Below, piece after piece: positions 9,486 through 18,554 of a DNA stretch of 64,000 bases (positions are counted from its first letter, which is position 1; every line of letters starts with the position of its first letter). The position numbers and the translations under genes were made by a program. The stretch is taken from positions 128,733-192,732 of the forward strand of contig JBEKGS010000001.1 of the NCBI GenBank assembly GCA_050012675.1. The letters run 5' to 3'. Origin of the DNA: Acidimicrobiales bacterium. Lineage in GTDB: Bacteria > Actinomycetota > Acidimicrobiia > Acidimicrobiales > Bog-793. Below the pieces are notes generated by a model. It ran no database searches. It saw nothing but the letters and a program-made list of their open reading frames with translations, and had not been told where the DNA came from.

Positions 9486-9507
9486 GTTCATTCCGCCTTC
9501 ATTTGCG
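9486..9507 (+). promoter_or_regulatory. PHO-box-like pair of 11-nt direct repeats upstream of the 2-AEP transporter operon
   Basis: GTTCATTCCGC CTTCATTTGCG is two contiguous 11-nt units with a TTCA core at 11-nt spacing. This resembles the actinobacterial PhoP direct-repeat unit G(G/T)TCAYYYR(G/C)G. It lies ~113 nt upstream of ATG 9620 in a locally AT-richer stretch. Confidence 0.35.
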
Positions 9508-9619
9508 CCAGTTATGTTGCGCCCGGGCTGCCAGTTCGGTGGTTCAAGGAACCGGGACCGGAGCGGGTCGCGCCGTGAACGGAACGTTCGTCAGGGACGA
9601 GAAGGAGGATCCGAGCGGG

Positions 9620-10816
9620 ATGCAGAAGAAAACAGCCCTGCGCTGGTACGCCGGCGTAGCCATTGCAGCGTCGGCCCTTGTGGCCGGGTTCGGGGCGGTC
9701 ACGAGCGCAAGCGCGAGCGTAACTAGCTCCCACGCCTCCTCGGCGAGCTGCTGGACGACGGCTTTGACCGCCAACCAGTGTGGCGGCATGAGCGCGCTCG
9801 TCGCCGCCGCCAAGGCCGAGGGCAACCTCACCGTCACGACCGACCCGACCACGTGGGCGAACTACGGCAACATCATGAAGGACTTCACGGCCAAGTACGG
9901 CATCAAGATCCTTGACACCAACCCGAACGGGACGAGCGCTGACGAGATCCAAGAGATCGTGAGCGACAAGGGCAAGCCCGCCGAGCCCGACGTGCTCGAC
10001 ATCGGCCTTACCTACGCCACAGAGGCCGTGAGCGGCGAGCCCGGGGTCTTCACGGGCCCGATCTTCTCGCCCTACGAGACCCAGGAGTGGAACGAAATCC
10101 CCTCAAGCGGGAAGAACCCCAAGGGCTACTGGGCCTATGACTACGCGGGCCTCGTGACCATCGGCTACAACGCCAACGTCATCAAGACCGCGCCGACCAC
10201 TTGGTCGGACCTGCTCCTTCCGGAGTTCAAGGACGCGGTCGGCCTCGACAACGCTCCGACGGCCTCGGGTGCTGGCTTCGGCGCGGTGATGGCGGCCGCC
10301 ATCAACAACGGCGGCTCGGTGACCAACGTCCAGCCGGGCATCAACTTCTTCAAGAAGCTGCACGCAGCCGGGAACTTCAACCCGATCGAGGCCGGCGGAG
10401 CCGGCGACGGGCCGATGGCGGACAAGAGCGTGCTCGCCACGATCGACTGGAACTTCAACCAATTGTCGTGGCAACAGGAGCTGGCGAAGTCCCCGGGCAT
10501 CGACTGGAAGATCGTCGTTCCGGCGGGCAAGCCGTACGCGCAGTACTACGCGATGGCGATCAGCGCCTACGCCCCACACCCGGCGGCGGCGCGGCTGTGG
10601 CTCGAGTACCTCTACTCGCCGACCGGCCAGAACCTGTGGGCCGAGGGCGGGACGCTTCCCGCCACCTGGACGACGATGGTGAAAGATGGCACGGCATCGG
10701 CAGCGGCCAAAAAAGCCGTCCCGACGCTCAGTCAGGCGCCCGTAACCGCCACCCCGTCCGAGGTCACGGCGGGCCAGGACCTCGTCATCAAGGAGTGGGC
10801 GTCTGCAGTTGGCTGA
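9620..10816 (+). CDS. ABC transporter substrate-binding protein, putative 2-aminoethylphosphonate (PhnS-like)
   Basis: ATG 9620 is preceded by GAAGGAGGA. Signal peptide MQKKTALRWYAGVAIAASALVAGFGAVTSASA. Family-1 solute-binding protein that is the first gene of an operon ending in phnW-phnX. The track ORF start at 9338 is an upstream extension. Confidence 0.8.
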   Translation: MQKKTALRWYAGVAIAASALVAGFGAVTSASASVTSSHASSASCWTTALTANQCGGMSALVAAAKAEGNLTVTTDPTTWANYGNIMKDFTAKYGIKILDTNPNGTSADEIQEIVSDKGKPAEPDVLDIGLTYATEAVSGEPGVFTGPIFSPYETQEWNEIPSSGKNPKGYWAYDYAGLVTIGYNANVIKTAPTTWSDLLLPEFKDAVGLDNAPTASGAGFGAVMAAAINNGGSVTNVQPGINFFKKLHAAGNFNPIEAGGAGDGPMADKSVLATIDWNFNQLSWQQELAKSPGIDWKIVVPAGKPYAQYYAMAISAYAPHPAAARLWLEYLYSPTGQNLWAEGGTLPATWTTMVKDGTASAAAKKAVPTLSQAPVTATPSEVTAGQDLVIKEWASAVG

Positions 10817-11741
10817 TCCGCCTGCGGGTACCGCATCCGGTGAGGGCAGGGTCCGCGTCAGCGACGCGGGCCCTGCTGTGCACCGCGGCCGGCGACGCGG
10901 TCTCCTGGCGGTGATCGGCGTCGCCCCGTTTTTCGTCTACGTCGGGCTCTTTCTCGTCGTGCCCGCCGGCTCGGTGATGGTCGAGGCATTCCACGACAAC
11001 AACGGTCGCCTCTCACTCGCCAACATCCGCACGCTGCTCGACTCGAGCCAGCCCTACCTCCATGACTACGCCACGAGCCTCGAGCTGGCGGCGGTCTCGG
11101 CTGTTGTCGCAGGAGTCATCGGCCTTCTCGGCGCGGTCGCGCTCGTGAGCTTCCCGAACCGCACGATGCGCCATCTCGTGTCGACGGCCTGCGGGGTGCT
11201 CGCCAACACCGGAGGTGTGCCGCTCGCGTTCGCCTTCATCGCCTCGGTCGGCAACAGCGGCGTCATCACCGACCTTCTGGCTCGGCTCGGGTTCAATCCC
11301 TACGACCACGGCTTCAACATCTCGTCCTTCTCAGGCCTTGTCATCGTGTACCTCTACTTCCTGCTGCCCCTCACCATTCTGCTGATGTTGCCGCCCGTCG
11401 AGGCGCTGCGACGCGAGTGGCGGGAAGCGGCCTCGACGCTCGGGGCCGACACGCGCACCTACTGGCGCAAGGTCGGGCTCCCCGTCATCGCCCCACCGTT
11501 CGTGGCGACGATGATGGTTCTTTTCATGGACGCCTTTGCTGCCTACGCCACGGCGGACGTCTTGACCACAGGCGTCGTCCCGCTCGTGCCGCTCACGATC
11601 GGGCAGTTCTTAGACGGGAACGCCGTGGCAAACCAGGTCCACCTCGGTGACGCGCTTGGCTTTGGGATGGTGGTCGTGGTGATCATCGCCGGCGCACTCT
11701 ACGTATTCGTGCAGCGCCGCACTTCACGATGGTTGCGATGA
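10809..11741 (+). CDS. ABC transporter permease (PhnU/PhnV-like)
   Basis: Polytopic MetI-type permease that overlaps the SBP stop. The start is uncertain (TTG 10809 or a downstream GTG). Confidence 0.8.
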   Translation: MADPPAGTASGEGRVRVSDAGPAVHRGRRRGLLAVIGVAPFFVYVGLFLVVPAGSVMVEAFHDNNGRLSLANIRTLLDSSQPYLHDYATSLELAAVSAVVAGVIGLLGAVALVSFPNRTMRHLVSTACGVLANTGGVPLAFAFIASVGNSGVITDLLARLGFNPYDHGFNISSFSGLVIVYLYFLLPLTILLMLPPVEALRREWREAASTLGADTRTYWRKVGLPVIAPPFVATMMVLFMDAFAAYATADVLTTGVVPLVPLTIGQFLDGNAVANQVHLGDALGFGMVVVVIIAGALYVFVQRRTSRWLR

Positions 11742-11781
11742 GCGGGCTCTCGATAAGGGCGGCTTGGAGGAGGCCACCGTC

Positions 11782-12636
11782 ATGATCCGCAGCCGCACGT
11801 TCGGTTTCGTCACGCTGGGTCTGATCGGGCTCTACGTGATCGTCCCGATGTACGCGACCGTGCAGTTCAGCCTGGAAGGCGGCTTCCATGGTCGGCTTTC
11901 GTTCGCCGCGTACTCCCAGGGGCTCTCGCAGCCCGGTCTCGGCTCGAGCATTGTCACCTCGATCGAGGTCGCCTTCGGAGCGATGGCGCTGACGCTCGCG
12001 CTGCTCGTGCCGACGATCATCTTCGTCAACCTGCGCCGGCCGCGCTGGCGGACCGTACTCGAGGCGGTCTCGCTGCTACCGCTCGGCGTACCGCCCATAG
12101 TTATCATCGTCGGGGTGCTCGGCGTCTACAACAGCCTGCCGAACTGGATCATCGCCTCGCCGGTGATCCTCGTGCTGCTTTACGTAGTCCTAGCTCTGCC
12201 GTACTCGTACCGGGCGATCGACGCCGGCGTGCGCTCGATCGACCTGCACACCCTCGTCGAGGCGGGCCGCTCGATGGGGGCCGGTTGGATCAAGCTGTTC
12301 TCACGGGTGCTGTTCCCCAATCTGCGGTCGGGCATCCTCGCCGCGTCGTTCCTCGTCGTCGCGCTCTCGCTCGGTGAGTACGCCGTCGCCAGCCTCCTCT
12401 TGCCCACGCAGCCGACCTTCCCCGTGTTCCTGGCGAGCGTCGAGACGAGCGGCGTGTACCTGTCCGTCGCGCTCTCGGTTATCGCCTTGGCCGTCACGTG
12501 GGGCCTGCTCGCAGCCATCTCCATCTTCGGTTCCGGCCGCCGGCGCAGCTCAGCCGCCGTGACCGGCGCCGCCGCGCCGGAGGGGCCGCCCGCCGGGATC
12601 GCCGTCGCCTCGGCATCCGCCGAGGTTGTCTCATGA
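11782..12636 (+). CDS. ABC transporter permease (PhnU/PhnV-like)
   Basis: ATG 11782 is preceded by GGAGGAGG. Six hydrophobic spans, high GC3. Confidence 0.8.
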   Translation: MIRSRTFGFVTLGLIGLYVIVPMYATVQFSLEGGFHGRLSFAAYSQGLSQPGLGSSIVTSIEVAFGAMALTLALLVPTIIFVNLRRPRWRTVLEAVSLLPLGVPPIVIIVGVLGVYNSLPNWIIASPVILVLLYVVLALPYSYRAIDAGVRSIDLHTLVEAGRSMGAGWIKLFSRVLFPNLRSGILAASFLVVALSLGEYAVASLLLPTQPTFPVFLASVETSGVYLSVALSVIALAVTWGLLAAISIFGSGRRRSSAAVTGAAAPEGPPAGIAVASASAEVVS

Positions 12637-12655
12637 CGAGTGTGCAGGAGGTCAC

Positions 12656-13792
12656 ATGAGCACGACCGAGGCCGACATGACCGCGGTGACCCGTGCCGTT
12701 GCGATGGTTCAGCAGGTGCAGCGCCGCGCCGCCAGCACCGGGCTCGAGCTCGTGAAGTGCCGGCGCAGCTTCGACAAAGTGCAGGCGCTTGACGGGTTCT
12801 CCATTTCGGTCGCGCCCGGCGAGCTCGTGGCCTTGCTCGGCCCATCGGGGTGCGGCAAGACGACGGCGTTGCGTGCCGTGGCCGGGCTGGAGCAGCTTGA
12901 CGAGGGCGAGGTGCTCGTCGGCGGCGAGGATGTCACCAAGCTCCCGGCGCACCGGCGCAACCTCGGGATGGTCTTCCAGGCCTACAGCTTGTTCCCGAAC
13001 ATGAACGCGCTGGACAACGTCGCCTTCGGCCTCGAAGTGCGCAAGGTCAACGCTGCCCAACGCCGGGCACGGGCCGGGGAGCTACTCGACCTCGTCGGGC
13101 TGACCGGGCTCGCCGAGCGCTTCCCCTACGAGCTCTCGGGCGGCCAGCAGCAACGGGTCGCCCTGGCACGTGCCCTGTGTGCAGAGCCGCGCCTGCTGTT
13201 GCTCGACGAGCCGCTGTCGGCCCTCGACGCCAAGGTGCGCGCCCAATTGCGCGACGAGATCCGACGTATCCAGCTCGAATTCGGCATCACCACGCTGTTC
13301 GTCACCCATGACCAGGAAGAGGCCCTGTCGTTGTCGGACCGCGTCGGGGTGATGCGAAAGGGGCGCCTCGAGCAGCTCGGCACGCCGGCCGAGGTTTACT
13401 CCCAGCCTGCGACCGACTTCGTCGCCCAGTTCGTCGGGTCCGTGAGCCGCCTGCCGGGCGAGATCGTCAGCCCCGGCACGGTCGCCGTCCTGGGCTCGCG
13501 CCTCGCCGTCCCGAACGCTGCCAGTGCCGAGCTTGCCACTGGCACAGCCGTCGACGTCCTGGTCCGTCCGGAGAGCATCCGTATCCGGCCCTCGCCGGCC
13601 GGTCCGGCGGTGGTCGTTCGTGCCTCTTTTTTTGGCGCCTCCGTGCGCGTCGTCGCCGTGCTCCCCGGCGGGGTTGAGGTGGCGTCCACGATCTCCGCGG
13701 CCGACAGCTACGCGCTCCCGGCTGGCGTCCGGGCCGACATCGAGCTGCTCGATGAAGCGCTGTTCGTCGTCGGAAGGCAGTTGACCCCCTGA
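12656..13792 (+). CDS. ABC transporter ATP-binding protein (PhnT-like)
   Basis: ATG 12656 is preceded by AGGAGG. Walker A GPSGCGKTT, signature LSGGQQQRVALARAL, Walker B LLLLDEPLSALD, and a C-terminal TOBE-like tail. Confidence 0.9.
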   Translation: MSTTEADMTAVTRAVAMVQQVQRRAASTGLELVKCRRSFDKVQALDGFSISVAPGELVALLGPSGCGKTTALRAVAGLEQLDEGEVLVGGEDVTKLPAHRRNLGMVFQAYSLFPNMNALDNVAFGLEVRKVNAAQRRARAGELLDLVGLTGLAERFPYELSGGQQQRVALARALCAEPRLLLLDEPLSALDAKVRAQLRDEIRRIQLEFGITTLFVTHDQEEALSLSDRVGVMRKGRLEQLGTPAEVYSQPATDFVAQFVGSVSRLPGEIVSPGTVAVLGSRLAVPNAASAELATGTAVDVLVRPESIRIRPSPAGPAVVVRASFFGASVRVVAVLPGGVEVASTISAADSYALPAGVRADIELLDEALFVVGRQLTP

Positions 13793-14000
13793 TCGCCCCC
13801 GTTATCGGCGCCCGTAAGTCGGCACCCCTTCGTCACCGGAAACCCCGGCGCAGTTGGCAGGCGCGAGATCGTGCCTGCTGGTTTGCCACGACGAATGCGT
13901 GTCCACAAGGTGGGATTCGAGACCACGGCCTCCGCGAGGCCGGCTGGTGCTCGCGTGCGCCGCGTAGTTATCGTCCGGCCAGTCCCCAAAGCGAGGTGCC

Positions 14001-15122
14001 ATGAGAGCTCCATATCTGCTGACCCCTGGCCCGCTCACGACATCGGAAACGGTGAAGGAGAAGATGTTGCGGGATTGGGGCTCGCGCGACGCCGCCTTCA
14101 TTGCCATGAACAGCAAAATGCGCGAGCGCCTGGTCGCTTTGGCTAACGCCCGCGAGACCCACGTCTGCGTGCCGGTCCAGGGGTCGGGCACTTTTGCCAT
14201 CGAGGCGACGATCGCGACGCTGCTCGCGCGCGACGACAAGCTGTTGGTACTGGTGAACGGTGCGTACGGAAGGCGCATGGTCCAGATAGCGCGCGTCATG
14301 GACCACAGCGTTGAAGCTCTCGAATGGCGCGAGGACCAGACTGTCGACGCGGGGGCCGTGGACCGGCGGCTGGCCGAGGGCACGGACATCACCCACGTGG
14401 CGGCCGTGCACTGTGAGACGACCTCGGGCATCTTGAACCCCATCGAAGAGGTGGCCGCCGTAGTGGCATCCCACGGCCGGGCGTTCATCATCGATGCCAT
14501 GAGCGCCTTCGGGGCGCTGCCCCTCGATGCGGCGGAAGTCCCGTTCACAGCCGTGGTCGCCTCTTCCAACAAGTGCCTCCAGGGAGTGCCGGGCATGGGC
14601 TTCGCACTGATCCGCCGTGACGCGCTGGAACAGTGCAAAGGAAATTCCCACTCCTTGAGCTTGGACCTGTTCGACCAGTGGGAGGGCTTCGAGAAGAACG
14701 GGCAGTGGCGCTTCACCCCGCCTACCCACGTCATAGCGGCCTTCCTGCAGGCGCTCGACGAGCACGCCGGCGAAGGTGGCGTGGCCGGACGTGGCGCCCG
14801 CTACGCCAGGAACCACCAGGTCCTGGTGGACGGCATGGAGCAACTGGGGTTCCGCTGCCTTCTCGCGCGCAAGGACCAGGCACCGATAATCGTGACCTTC
14901 CACATGCCGGCCGATCCGCACTTCAGTTTCGCCGAGTTCTACGAGCGCCTCAGTGCCAGGGGGTTCCTCATCTATCCGGGAAAGCTGACGGTGGCGGATT
15001 CCTTCCGCATCGGTTGCATCGGCGACCTCGGCGAAGGCGAGATTCGTGCGGCACTTGGGGCAATCGGCTCTGTTCTCGGGGAAATGGGCGTGCGCGACGG
15101 TGCACCCTCGCTGACAGCTTGA
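14001..15122 (+). CDS. phnW: 2-aminoethylphosphonate--pyruvate transaminase
   Basis: N-terminus YLLTPGPLTTSETVKEKMLRDWGSRD, class-V aminotransferase length (373 aa), and immediately followed by phnX. Confidence 0.9.
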   Translation: MRAPYLLTPGPLTTSETVKEKMLRDWGSRDAAFIAMNSKMRERLVALANARETHVCVPVQGSGTFAIEATIATLLARDDKLLVLVNGAYGRRMVQIARVMDHSVEALEWREDQTVDAGAVDRRLAEGTDITHVAAVHCETTSGILNPIEEVAAVVASHGRAFIIDAMSAFGALPLDAAEVPFTAVVASSNKCLQGVPGMGFALIRRDALEQCKGNSHSLSLDLFDQWEGFEKNGQWRFTPPTHVIAAFLQALDEHAGEGGVAGRGARYARNHQVLVDGMEQLGFRCLLARKDQAPIIVTFHMPADPHFSFAEFYERLSARGFLIYPGKLTVADSFRIGCIGDLGEGEIRAALGAIGSVLGEMGVRDGAPSLTA

Positions 15123-15161
15123 CAAGACCACATTCGCGACTCGTAGGCCCGGAGGCCAGCC

Positions 15162-15992
15162 ATGTCATCTGATCGTGCTCATCGTTATGTCGGCCCACTC
15201 AAGGCAGTCGTCCTCGACTGGGCCGGGACGACCGTCGACCACGGTTGCATGGCTCCGGTCGCAACCTTCATGCAGGCCTTCGCCGAGACGGGCGTCCCTA
15301 TAACCGTCGCCGAGGCGCGCGCCCCGATGGGTATGGCCAAGTGGCACCACATCCAGGCGATCACGCGCATGGACCAGGTCGCCGCGAGGTGGCTGGCCGC
15401 CCACGGGCGCCTGCCTGACGACTCCGATGTCGACGCCCTCTACCGGCGCTTTTTGCCCCTGCAGGTGCAGACGGTCGAGCAGTACTCCGATGTCATCGAC
15501 GGGGTCGTCGAGACGGTCGCCGCCCTGCGGGCGCGGGGCCTTGCCATTGCCTCGACCACCGGCTATCCGCGCGAGGTCATGGACGTCGTCGTACGCATCG
15601 CCAAGGAGCAGGGTTACGAAGCCGACGTGACGGTCTGTGCCGGCGACACACCGACGGGTCGGCCGGGCCCGTTCATGGCCCTGCAAGCTCTGATCAAGCT
15701 TTCGATCAGCCCGGTCGAGGCGGTCGTCAAGGTCGGGGACACCGCCGTCGACATGGGAGAGGGGCTGAACGGCGGCATGTGGGCCGTCGGTGTCGCCGTG
15801 ACCGGCAACGAGGTGGGCCTCACCGCTGCCGAGTACGCCGCGCAACCAGCCGAGTCACAGCTCCGCCTCGGCGCGCAGGCAACCGAGCGGCTGCAGGCGG
15901 CCGGCGCCCATTACGTGGTCGACCGCTTGAGCGACGTCGTGGCGGTGGTTGACAAGATCGAAGCACGCTTGGCCAAAGGCGAGAAGCCCTGA
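15162..15992 (+). CDS. phnX: Phosphonoacetaldehyde hydrolase (phosphonatase)
   Basis: AVVLDWAGTTVDHGCMAPVATFMQAF...ARAPMGMAKWHHIQAI...STTGYPREVMD...KVGDTAVDMGEGLNGGMW are HAD-superfamily PhnX signature blocks. Confidence 0.9.
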   Translation: MSSDRAHRYVGPLKAVVLDWAGTTVDHGCMAPVATFMQAFAETGVPITVAEARAPMGMAKWHHIQAITRMDQVAARWLAAHGRLPDDSDVDALYRRFLPLQVQTVEQYSDVIDGVVETVAALRARGLAIASTTGYPREVMDVVVRIAKEQGYEADVTVCAGDTPTGRPGPFMALQALIKLSISPVEAVVKVGDTAVDMGEGLNGGMWAVGVAVTGNEVGLTAAEYAAQPAESQLRLGAQATERLQAAGAHYVVDRLSDVVAVVDKIEARLAKGEKP

Positions 15993-16016
15993 GCCCTGCT
16001 GAGGGATTGGACTGGC

Positions 16017-17384
16017 GTGGCTGTGTCTGACCAACGTGAAGGGGACGCGAACCTGAGCGCCAACCGGGCCGGATGGGCCGAGCGCGCTCTCGGAGAGGCC
16101 GCGCGCGCTCTGCTCCGGCGCGATGAGGCGGTCTTTATCCGCCAGTCCCTGTCGACTCCCTGCCTGAGCGCCATCGTCAAGGCCGAGGGGTGTTGGATCG
16201 AGGATGCCGACGGGCGTCGGTATCTGGACTTCCACGGCAACTCCGCCCATCACATCGGCTACGGCCACCCGAAGGTCATCGCGGCCGTGGAGCGGCAGAT
16301 GCGTTCCCTGCCTTTCGCCCCGCGCCGGTTCACCTGTGATCCTGCTGTGACGCTGGCCGAGACCTTGTGCGCCATGGTGCCTGGCGGACCATGGAAAGTG
16401 CTCTTTGCTCCGGGCGGCTCGGAAGCTGTGGAGATCGCGCTCAAGATCGCCCGCCTGGCGACAGGACGGTTCAAGACGGTGAGCTTCTGGGACTCTTTTC
16501 ACGGAGGGGGCTTCGGCGCGGCTTCGATCGGGGGAGAGGCCCTTTTCCGCTCGGGCGGGATAGGGCCTCTCCTTCCGGGCACAGAGCACGTTGCCCCCTT
16601 TGCCTGTTACCGGTGTCCCTACGGCTTTGAGGCACCGGGCGGCACGCCCGATCTCGACCGGTGCCTCATGGCCTGCGCCCGGATGGCCAGCTACGTCCTC
16701 GAGCGCGAGGGCGATGTCGCGGCCGTGGTGGCCGAGCCGATCCGTGCCGTTCCCTATCTGCCGCCGCCGGGCTTCTGGCAGGAGGTGCGGCGCGCCTGTG
16801 ACCGCACCGGAGCGCTGCTCGTCTTCGACGAGATCCCCACCGGACTTGGAAAGACCGGGCGGTTCTGCGCCCACGAGCATGTCGGCGTCTCACCCGACGT
16901 GCTCGTGCTGGGCAAGGCCCTCGGCGGCGGTCTGCTGCCCATCGCCGCCGTAATGGCACGCGCCGACCTCGACGTGATGGCGGACAAGTCCATTGGCCAC
17001 TACACCCATGAGAAGAACCCGGTGCTGGCGGCTGCTGCGATCGCCACCTTGGAGGTGATAGTGGAGGAGGGCCTCGTGGCCCGGGCATCCGAGCTCGGCC
17101 AGTACCTCGGCGCACGTTTGGGTGAGATGGCCCGCCGCTTGCCGGTCATCGGTGACGTCCGCGGAGCGGGCCTGCTCCATGGTGTGGAACTGATAACACC
17201 CGACGGGGCACCGGCCGCCGAGACGGCAGACAGCGTCCTTTACCGGGCCCTGGAACGAGGCCTTTCCTTCAAGGTGACCATGGGAAGCGTGCTCACACTC
17301 TCCCCACCTTTGACGATCTCCCGCGACGAACTGGACCTTGCCCTCGCAATCCTGGAGAGCTGCCTCGAAGAAGCGACGTGGTGA
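16017..17384 (+). CDS. Class-III aminotransferase-fold PLP enzyme in the phosphonate locus (possible PbfA-like lyase or second transaminase)
   Basis: GTG start 24 nt after phnX. Class-III blocks are present (FHGNSAHHIGYGHPKV, APGGSEAVEIALK, VFDEIPTGLGKTGRF, LGKALGGG). Confidence 0.8.
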   Translation: MAVSDQREGDANLSANRAGWAERALGEAARALLRRDEAVFIRQSLSTPCLSAIVKAEGCWIEDADGRRYLDFHGNSAHHIGYGHPKVIAAVERQMRSLPFAPRRFTCDPAVTLAETLCAMVPGGPWKVLFAPGGSEAVEIALKIARLATGRFKTVSFWDSFHGGGFGAASIGGEALFRSGGIGPLLPGTEHVAPFACYRCPYGFEAPGGTPDLDRCLMACARMASYVLEREGDVAAVVAEPIRAVPYLPPPGFWQEVRRACDRTGALLVFDEIPTGLGKTGRFCAHEHVGVSPDVLVLGKALGGGLLPIAAVMARADLDVMADKSIGHYTHEKNPVLAAAAIATLEVIVEEGLVARASELGQYLGARLGEMARRLPVIGDVRGAGLLHGVELITPDGAPAAETADSVLYRALERGLSFKVTMGSVLTLSPPLTISRDELDLALAILESCLEEATW

Positions 17385-17710
17385 GGGCGTGAGGCCAAGG
17401 GCAAGCCGCGATCAGGGTTCGGTCAGGGCCGCTAACGGGGCTTTCGGGCGCGCGCGTCCCGGCTGCGCGGTGAACTGCGCCCCGGCTGCGTGCGTTTCGG
17501 CGTTGCCCGCCCTGAAGATGTGCGCCCCGCTGGATTGTCGCCCTGGGCAGCGGCGTCCCGAGCCTCCCTTTGGACCCTGGTCGCTCCTCTACGGGCGTCG
17601 AAGACGATCAAGGCGAACGCCGCGACTACGAGCACGATCACGAGCACTAACACGGTGACGCACTTCCTTCCTCTCCCGGCGCAGTCCGCCAAGGAGCGGT
17701 CATCGCCAAG

Positions 17711-18046
17711 CTATCGGAGCTTCAAGGACCGCAGGTCGTTGTAGACCGCGAGCGCATCCGACACGAGGAGCCGCTGGCGCCCGGTGTCGGTGGTGATGGT
17801 GACCCGCAGCTTGCGGAGCGTGGGCGTGAGCTGGACGTCGGTCACCGAGGAGAGGGGCCACGACACGGCCCGGGCGCCGAAAAGCGCGTCGAGGCGTTTT
17901 GGTTCGAAGCCCAGTTTGTCCTCGGTCATGTAGACCAGACCTCCGCGGGCGACGCCGTGCTGGATGTGGTTCGCAGGACGTGCCCACTTGAGCCCGGTCG
18001 GGTCAAGCTCCGGTTGGCCGAAAAAGCGGCGCAGGCCCGCGGTCAC
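17711..18046 (-). CDS. Small GRAM/PH-like domain protein (hypothetical)
   Basis: 111 aa with high GC3. The pattern GGLVYMTEDKLGFEPKRLDALFGARAVSWPLSSVTDVQL resembles bacterial GRAM/PH-like domains. GTG start. Confidence 0.55.
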   Translation of the reverse strand: MTAGLRRFFGQPELDPTGLKWARPANHIQHGVARGGLVYMTEDKLGFEPKRLDALFGARAVSWPLSSVTDVQLTPTLRKLRVTITTDTGRQRLLVSDALAVYNDLRSLKLR

Positions 18047-18554
18047 GGGCCCACCGGCTCGGGCCGGGTCGCCCCGGCGGCGGAAGCGATTATGACGAAG
18101 ATCGACATATTTGTGGCAGGGGCTTGACCCATTCGCGCCTTGCGTCCGGCACTCCGCATGCCGGCGACGGTACTAAGCCCCTGTCGAGGCGACCAGTCGT
18201 CGGGAGTTGCGCCTGGCCTGGGCACGTCGTCGGCCTTCCCGCGCTTGATTGTCACGGCCTTTTCCCAGCCCCATGGCTCCAGACGGCTGCCAGCGGCAGG
18301 AAAGGGCCTTTGAGTAGGGAATTCCCAGACAACCAACTGCTGATTGACATCAACGCTCGAGGCTAGTTCGCCATGCCGGCCACGAGCGGCGTCATCTTTC
18401 CTGGCAGTCATGTGACATTGGACTCTGGTCGAAACCCCACCGTACCGGTACGGTGCAAAACGAGGTAGCAGAGTGCCAGTGGCCGGAAAAGGCCGCGGAA
18501 CCATAGTCGTGGCCCCTGGCCGTGGGACGAGGCCTTTATTGAAAGGGGTGCCAA

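Noticed and set aside
13905-13925. GGTGGGATTCGAGACCAC, which resembles a tRNA T-arm, in the gap between the ABC ATPase gene and phnW.
   Set aside because: No acceptor stem, D-arm or anticodon arm can be built around it, so it is not a tRNA.
13802-15131. Two long minus-strand ORFs (310 and 387 aa) antisense to phnW.
   Set aside because: phnW on the plus strand is unambiguous. The antisense translations are Ala/Arg/Ser/Gly-rich with no motifs.
17432-17692. 86-aa minus-strand ORF with one hydrophobic helix (VTVLVLVIVLVVAAFALIVF) and a basic tail.
   Set aside because: It could be a small membrane protein, but there is no RBS, no conservation evidence, and its composition is compatible with chance in high-GC DNA.
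18043-18411. 122-aa minus-strand ORF whose stop overlaps the GTG start of the GRAM-like gene (GTGA), suggesting translational coupling.
   Set aside because: Its third-position GC is clearly lower than in the confident genes of this window, and the sequence has no recognisable features. It was left uncalled. The longer 199-aa version (to 18642) overlaps the permease gene start.
18412-18554. Possible pyrimidine- or purine-responsive leader (PyrR site or riboswitch) upstream of the NCS2 nucleobase permease.
   Set aside because: I could not find the PyrR binding loop consensus or purine-riboswitch conserved cores in this 143-nt region.
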